DNA of 35,358 nucleotides from a virus (Duplodnaviria; Heunggongvirae; Uroviricota; Caudoviricetes): IMG/VR virus record IMGVR_UViG_3300029957_000005, positions 128,001 to 163,358 of that record; one strand, 5' to 3'. Shown piece by piece: positions 30,351 to 35,358 of this stretch (position 1 is its first letter; each line of letters starts with the position of its first letter). The notes under the pieces were generated by a model. It saw only the letters and a program-made list of their open reading frames with translations, ran no database searches and was not told where the DNA came from. The position numbers and the translations under genes were made by a program.

Positions 30351-32372
30351 GTGGTAACATTCGCCCCACCAGTATTGAAGGCCCCGGAAGGGGAAGACGT
30401 CAAGACGGTCGTCGCATACACGCCTCAGGAACAGATTGAGGCGCAGAACGCCCGCGACGATCAGCAGCGAAAAGAAGACATCAAGACCCGCAAGGAAGAA
30501 AAGATCCTTGCCAAGCAGCAGGCCGATAAGCAGAGAGCCAAGGACAAGGTCGACCGCCGTAAGGAACAGGGTCAGATCGTCAAGGCCATTCGTCAGGACA
30601 AGGAAGACGCCAAGAAGCAGGAGAAGCTCAAGGTCCTCAATGAACAGTCTGCCTTGTTCTCCGATCAGTTCAGATCCGGCATCCTCGGTAAGTTCTTGGC
30701 CTTCACAAAGAACCGTGAAGAGATGCTCAAGAACGCCATCGAGGTCGTCAAGGACTCTGCGAAGGACAAGTTCCTCGGCAAGACCCTAGCAGACCAAAAG
30801 ATGGAAGTCGAAGGCTACTTCAAGAACTCGTTTTTGAAGAGAGTCCTCGGTGCCGAAAAGTATTCCGAAGGAGAGGAGAAATCAAGAGTTGACAACCCGG
30901 AAGATAGAAAGCCGGAAATTGAGGACGCTCCTAAGAGCGATACTCCTGATATCACTGCTAAGATGGAAGGCCTCTTTGAGAAGCTCGGAGGTTTCCTCAA
31001 TACTTTCATTGGTGGAAAGACCGGCGATAATCCAGAAGGTGGCGGTGGCCTAGTATCCTTCCCGAACAAGATCAATGTCGGAGAGGACGAGACTGCAATC
31101 ACCAAGCAGATCCCTCTCTTGGAGCGCATCTCGGAGGCCATCTCTAGTCTCTATGAGGCCTTCCAGAAGTTCACTGAAAGCAATAAGGATAATAGAGAAG
31201 AGGACCTCCGAAAGGAGAACTCAAGCAATATTGCCTCCAAGCTCGGTGGAGCCAAGGATAGAGTGGTGGAGCTGTCCAAGAAGGCTGGCGGATGGATCTC
31301 TGGACTCATCAACGATTTCGGCGTCTGGACCTTGGTCGGGATGAACAGCCTGATCGGCATCCTCAAGTCAACGGTTCTCGGAGCGCTTGGAACTGTCGGT
31401 AATCTCATTGCAAAGGCATTCCCGATTGCAGCCCTGGCGACTGGACTCTATCTGGCAGTCAAGGACGCAATCGGTGGCTGGTTCTCAGCAGATGCCTGGG
31501 GTGTAGGCAACATCGCCGGAATGCTCGGTGGTCTCCTCGGAGGCCTGAACAGCGGCGTCATGGGAATGCTTCAGAACGCAGGCAAGTGGGCTCTCATCGG
31601 AGCTGGTATTGGTTCTGTCGTACCGGTGGTCGGCACCCTCCTCGGAGGCCTGATCGGTGCAGTCTTCGGAGGTCTTTTGGGATACTTCGGAGGCGAGAAG
31701 ATCGCCCAGGTCATTCAGAACGTGACGGACTGGGCATGGAACAAGTTCAATCAGGTCGTAGACGCAGTCAAGTGGTTCTTCACGGAGCTCCCGGTCAAGA
31801 TCGGTGAGTTCATCAAGGCCACGTTCGATGCTGTGGTCAAGTGGGGCCAGGAGAAGATCGACTCCATCCGCAATACGATCAAGGACTTCATGGACTCTGT
31901 CGAAGCTTACTTCAAGAAGTTCTTCACCCTTGACTACTGGCTCGGAAAGGAGGGTGTGGCTCAGCCTAATCCTCCGAGAGTCGAGTCCTCAATGGACGAC
32001 GTCAAGATCCTGGATGGAGAGACAGCGGCCGGAGCTCCGGTCAAGGTAGAGATTCAGCCTTCTCACGACTTCGACGATATGCTCAAGTCCATGGACAACT
32101 TCTCACAGAACATCGAGTCCGAACCTCGTGCCATTGCTAAGGAAGCTGCGGCAATGAGGATCTACGAGAAGTCCATCGAGAACTCGACCACGAACAACAA
32201 TACGTCCAATGCCGACTACTCGAGAACCACCAATCAGAGCGTGGTCTCCGGATCCTACAACAAGGCATCCATCAATCTGGCTGGATCACCTAATCCAAGA
32301 AACCAGGAAGGCTCCTCATTTGGAACAAGGAGCCTTCTGAATGGTGGGTTTGGTAACCCGTCTAGGTTCTAA
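30351..32372 (+). CDS. Tape measure / baseplate hub gp29-like protein
   Basis: Helical charged N-terminus, Gly-rich TM-like segment, W/F-spaced repeats; follows gp26/gp51. Confidence 0.72.
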   Translation: MVTFAPPVLKAPEGEDVKTVVAYTPQEQIEAQNARDDQQRKEDIKTRKEEKILAKQQADKQRAKDKVDRRKEQGQIVKAIRQDKEDAKKQEKLKVLNEQSALFSDQFRSGILGKFLAFTKNREEMLKNAIEVVKDSAKDKFLGKTLADQKMEVEGYFKNSFLKRVLGAEKYSEGEEKSRVDNPEDRKPEIEDAPKSDTPDITAKMEGLFEKLGGFLNTFIGGKTGDNPEGGGGLVSFPNKINVGEDETAITKQIPLLERISEAISSLYEAFQKFTESNKDNREEDLRKENSSNIASKLGGAKDRVVELSKKAGGWISGLINDFGVWTLVGMNSLIGILKSTVLGALGTVGNLIAKAFPIAALATGLYLAVKDAIGGWFSADAWGVGNIAGMLGGLLGGLNSGVMGMLQNAGKWALIGAGIGSVVPVVGTLLGGLIGAVFGGLLGYFGGEKIAQVIQNVTDWAWNKFNQVVDAVKWFFTELPVKIGEFIKATFDAVVKWGQEKIDSIRNTIKDFMDSVEAYFKKFFTLDYWLGKEGVAQPNPPRVESSMDDVKILDGETAAGAPVKVEIQPSHDFDDMLKSMDNFSQNIESEPRAIAKEAAAMRIYEKSIENSTTNNNTSNADYSRTTNQSVVSGSYNKASINLAGSPNPRNQEGSSFGTRSLLNGGFGNPSRF

Positions 32373-32378
32373 GGACGA

Positions 32379-33329
32379 TCAGAACGGGATCTGATCGTCG
32401 TCATCGTCGTCCAACTTGAAGGACGACAGATCGATCCCGTCATCGTCATCATCGTCATCCTTCTTCTTTTCCTGCTTCGGCTTGGAGACCTTGTCGTCCA
32501 GGACGTTCAGATCGTCGTCATCGTCCTTGGACGATTCGTTGATCTTGTCCTGGAGCTTCTGGTCGGCGGTCTTGCCGGAAGATTCTGAACCACTCAGAAC
32601 CCAATCGAGCTTCTTCTTGAGCTCTTCGTAGGTCTTGAACTTGTTTTCGGCAACTTCTGCCTCGAGCGAGTAGCACTGGTTCCAGATCTTCTCCATCTCG
32701 GCTTCCTTGCCACCTGCGAGAGGCGACGGGTTCTCGAACTTGGAGTCGTCGTAGTTCGGGAATTCACCCTGCTTCTTGACCTTCAGACGGAAGTTGGCTC
32801 CTTCGAAGATGTTGAAGACGTCGATCGGCGTATCCTCTTCGAGTTCCGGCTGAGCCAGGTTCTTGATCTTCTCGAAGATCTTGGCACCGAAGCGGTACAG
32901 GAAGACCTTACCGTTGTTCTCCGGAGCGTTGGTGTCCTTGATGACCAGAATGTTGGCCACGTAGTTCAGACCACGCTTGCGCTTGCGAACGATCTCACGC
33001 TTGGCCTCATCGCCGGTATCCCAGAGGATCTTGTTGGCTTCACCGAGCGGGTCGTCCTTGCCGATGGTCGTCAGGGAGCGTTCGACGTACCAACGGTTGT
33101 TGAGCGAGAAACGGTGCGAGTAGTAGGTGACATAGGAGAGTTCTTCGCCAGCTGGGGCGGGGAGGAAACGAATGACGGCAAGTGCGTTGCCATTATCGTC
33201 CTTGGTCGGTTCCCAAAAGCGTTCGTCTTTCTGGAAGCCCTTGCGTTCTGTGGACTTGAGACGTTCCTGGAGGGAGGAGACGGAATTCTTGGACTGCTTC
33301 TTGAGGTCCGCGAACGAAAACTTTGACAT
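32379..33329 (-). CDS. gp32: Single-stranded DNA-binding protein gp32
   Basis: DERFW, A.IRFLPA, NILVIKD, N.GKVFLY.FG.KIF.K, NYD.SKF, acidic tail. Confidence 0.96.
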   Translation of the reverse strand: MSKFSFADLKKQSKNSVSSLQERLKSTERKGFQKDERFWEPTKDDNGNALAVIRFLPAPAGEELSYVTYYSHRFSLNNRWYVERSLTTIGKDDPLGEANKILWDTGDEAKREIVRKRKRGLNYVANILVIKDTNAPENNGKVFLYRFGAKIFEKIKNLAQPELEEDTPIDVFNIFEGANFRLKVKKQGEFPNYDDSKFENPSPLAGGKEAEMEKIWNQCYSLEAEVAENKFKTYEELKKKLDWVLSGSESSGKTADQKLQDKINESSKDDDDDLNVLDDKVSKPKQEKKKDDDDDDDGIDLSSFKLDDDDDDQIPF

Positions 33330-33385
33330 CTAGTGTACCTTTCTTAAGATGGCTTTAAAGTTGTTTTAATCAGTGTTTTAAGCTT
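33330..33385 (-). promoter_or_regulatory. Putative gene 32 translational operator
   Basis: Four TTAA(A) units in an AU-rich stretch before the RBS. Confidence 0.55.
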
Positions 33386-33946
33386 GTCAAATTCAGGGAT
33401 TTTCGTCACTGAATTGTACTTGCTATATATCGTGTAGTTGTCCTGAAAAAGTGGGTCGTGCTCAAATATTTTCGAGTACTTAGCCATCAGGTTGTAGGTT
33501 CGATCCAGTGCTGCGAACTGGGACGGATAGATCTTTCCGTCATAGAGACGCTCCAAGATAGTCGGCCACGATTGTCCGTCTGTCTTCAAATCTTGAATGG
33601 AGATCTCATTTAGCATTATATCAAAATTGTACTCGAATGAGTACCTTATTTTCATCCAGACGTCCTTAAATTCGGTTTCGACGTCTCTGTTGTCGAAGCT
33701 CCGAATGTATGGGACTTTGCCGGTCCTGAAGCCGTAGAGCTTGAGGTACTCCTCGAATGCCTCCTCGGTGCCGAAGCGTCTGACGAACCCGATGTAGATG
33801 AAACGATCTGGAGACATCTCGAACTTGTCGGCGTTCTGATTGCGCCTAAGTGGACCATACTTCGCATAGTCATAGGACTTGTTGAAGTGGAGGCTCAGGC
33901 CGTTGTAGATGGCCTGAAAATCGAATGCCTTCTGGAGTGAGCTCAA
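33344..33946 (-). CDS. gp59: Helicase loader gp59
   Basis: Y..L.LHF...YDY.KY motif; 33-59-32 order. Confidence 0.85.
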   Translation of the reverse strand: MSSLQKAFDFQAIYNGLSLHFNKSYDYAKYGPLRRNQNADKFEMSPDRFIYIGFVRRFGTEEAFEEYLKLYGFRTGKVPYIRSFDNRDVETEFKDVWMKIRYSFEYNFDIMLNEISIQDLKTDGQSWPTILERLYDGKIYPSQFAALDRTYNLMAKYSKIFEHDPLFQDNYTIYSKYNSVTKIPEFDKLKTLIKTTLKPS

Positions 33947-34173
33947 AGAAGATCTTCCATGACGTAGTGGTCTTCCATGACTTCGATATGATTGAGTTTG
34001 ATTGAGTCAGCCTTGATCTTCTGGAACAGGGACTCGGTCAGGAGCCTCGGAACGATTGAAGGATCGATGTTGTGCTTCTCGATGTATTCGGAGATGATCT
34101 CCACATAGGAGACGTCGCCTGATCCGATCTTGAGGTTCTCGATATCAAACGAAAATTTTGTTTTTGAATCCAC
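33943..34173 (-). CDS. gp33: Late transcription coactivator gp33
   Basis: FS..IE, SYVE.I.EY.EK..I, L..KIK; synteny. Confidence 0.8.
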   Translation of the reverse strand: MDSKTKFSFDIENLKIGSGDVSYVEIISEYIEKHNIDPSIVPRLLTESLFQKIKADSIKLNHIEVMEDHYVMEDLL

Positions 34174-34804
34174 TGTTCTCTCGATAGAATTTTTTCAGAA
34201 GTTCAAGAGAGACCGGAAGATAGTCCTTGACTCTCTTTTTGAAGACCAGTGTTCTTCCGGTCTGGCAGGCCATCAAGATCACAAGTTGGAGGTGATCGAG
34301 ACCCAGCCGTTCTTTGACCATTACGGAATACAGTGTAGTCTGGATGAAGTAACCTAGTATATCATCTTCCGACTTCTGCTGGTTAGAATTTTTGAAGTCG
34401 ATGATGGATGGAACGTCCTCGTAGTCTGCCACGCAGTCGGCTGTTCCGGCGAGTCGAAGCTTATCCGAGTGGAGGGACAGTTCGAGCCCTTTGATGTTGG
34501 TGATCTTGTCCAGGTGAGGCTTGAGCTGCTTGAACATCGTCTTGACCATCGGATACTTGGTCTCGACCGGCGTTCCGAGGAGATACTGCTCGCAGAGGTG
34601 ATGGAGCTCTGTTCCTCGATCCGTGGACTGCTTGGTTATCCTGTTTGCTTCCGTCTCACCAACCCATGCCCTCCAGGAGTCCAGATCGGACTTGTCCAGG
34701 ACGTAGTTCAGGAAGGTGGTGACCGAGGGATAGAAGTTCTGTTCGCCGCAGTAGTAGAAACGGCCTTCCTCGTTCTCGGTCCTCTGGTAGAGCTTCTGGG
34801 TCAA
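34145..34804 (-). CDS. PD-(D/E)XK exonuclease
   Basis: YPSVTT, RGT.LH, AGTADC, IIDFK, Q...Y. Confidence 0.9.
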   Translation of the reverse strand: MTQKLYQRTENEEGRFYYCGEQNFYPSVTTFLNYVLDKSDLDSWRAWVGETEANRITKQSTDRGTELHHLCEQYLLGTPVETKYPMVKTMFKQLKPHLDKITNIKGLELSLHSDKLRLAGTADCVADYEDVPSIIDFKNSNQQKSEDDILGYFIQTTLYSVMVKERLGLDHLQLVILMACQTGRTLVFKKRVKDYLPVSLELLKKFYRENSGFKNKIFV

Positions 34805-35079
34805 TCTTCCTCATCTTCCGGAGCATAGTCGATCGGGTTGAAGCCCGTGGTCAGACCGAACTGGATGAACTTCGAGATGAAGTCCTGATCCTCAGTCAGA
34901 ATGTCGACGCACTCTTCATCGAAGGTGATGACCACCTCTGAGTGCTTGCCAAGAACTTCGCCGAAGTAGATCCTCTTGCCGATGAGAGCTTCAATCTCGT
35001 CCTTCTCAGCGACAAACAAGCCGCAGAGTTCACCTGATCGACCACAGTCGTATTCAAATCTATAGAGTGCCTGAGTCAT
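34801..35079 (-). CDS. Hypothetical phage protein, 92 aa
   Basis: ATGA coupling; DCGR.G.L.GLFVA, YFGEVLGKHSE. Confidence 0.8.
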   Translation of the reverse strand: MTQALYRFEYDCGRSGELCGLFVAEKDEIEALIGKRIYFGEVLGKHSEVVITFDEECVDILTEDQDFISKFIQFGLTTGFNPIDYAPEDEED

Positions 35080-35111
35080 GGGTTATACTCTTTTTGCAAT
35101 TCTGTTATAAC

Positions 35112-35327
35112 TCACTTGAGTCCTGGATGGTATCGCTTCTTGGGTGCGATGACCTTGTCGTAGAAGTCCTGAGCCTTCTTGGTCGACAGGGATGGATCGG
35201 TCTGCTTCGGAGCAGAAAGGACCAAGATGATCTTCTTGCCGTCGACGCCGTCGAGTCTCTGATCCATGTTGCGGTACTCGGACCAGGTCTCTCCAGTCTC
35301 TGTATTCTCGTAGTTGTACGTCGGCAT
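35112..35327 (-). CDS. FmdB-like regulatory protein (Cys-less)
   Basis: MPTYNY....TGE start; usual position near the exonuclease; GGAG RBS. Confidence 0.7.
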   Translation of the reverse strand: MPTYNYENTETGETWSEYRNMDQRLDGVDGKKIILVLSAPKQTDPSLSTKKAQDFYDKVIAPKKRYHPGLK

Positions 35328-35358
35328 TATGCTCCAGCCCTTTCGACGACCATCTTGG

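Noticed and set aside
32390-32530. TCA/TCG trinucleotide repeats
   Set aside because: They simply encode the poly-Asp acidic tail of gp32

Overview
Segment of a large T4-like (exo-T-even type) myophage genome. The host is most likely a rhizobial alphaproteobacterium (inferred from a Rhizobiaceae-style DUF1127 small protein and a tRNA-His with no G-1 and a G1-U72 pair). Bases 1-6850 hold a minus-strand array of about 40 tRNA and tRNA-like genes with anticodons for all 20 amino acids. Many are strongly remodelled: long variable arms on Lys/Cys/Asn/Ile, short ones on Leu, 8/4 Ser, a rewired A18-G55 elbow, D-armless Arg, 5-nt anticodon loops and CCA-ended mini-RNAs. About ten further structured non-tRNA RNAs and several small ORFs are interleaved. 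Bases 7000-21500 carry a metallophosphoesterase, rnh, uvsW, uvsY, gp3, early accessory genes, an unannotated secreted two-Cys peptide gene, a GH19 endolysin, a putative virion-packaged AAA ATPase, glutaredoxin and a class Id-like nrdAB. Bases 21586-26299 are a six-gene cytosine hypermodification operon of the RB69 arabinosyl-hydroxycytosine type. Bases 26355-32372 are a late operon: gp2, GIY-YIG, ADP-ribosyltransferase-like, glycosyltransferase-like, gp54, gp26, gp51 (with a likely -1 frameshift), a membrane protein and a tape-measure-like protein. Bases 32379-35327 carry gp32, gp59, gp33, an exonuclease and an FmdB-like gene. All calls come from reading, translating and folding the sequence by hand; no searches or folding programs were run.
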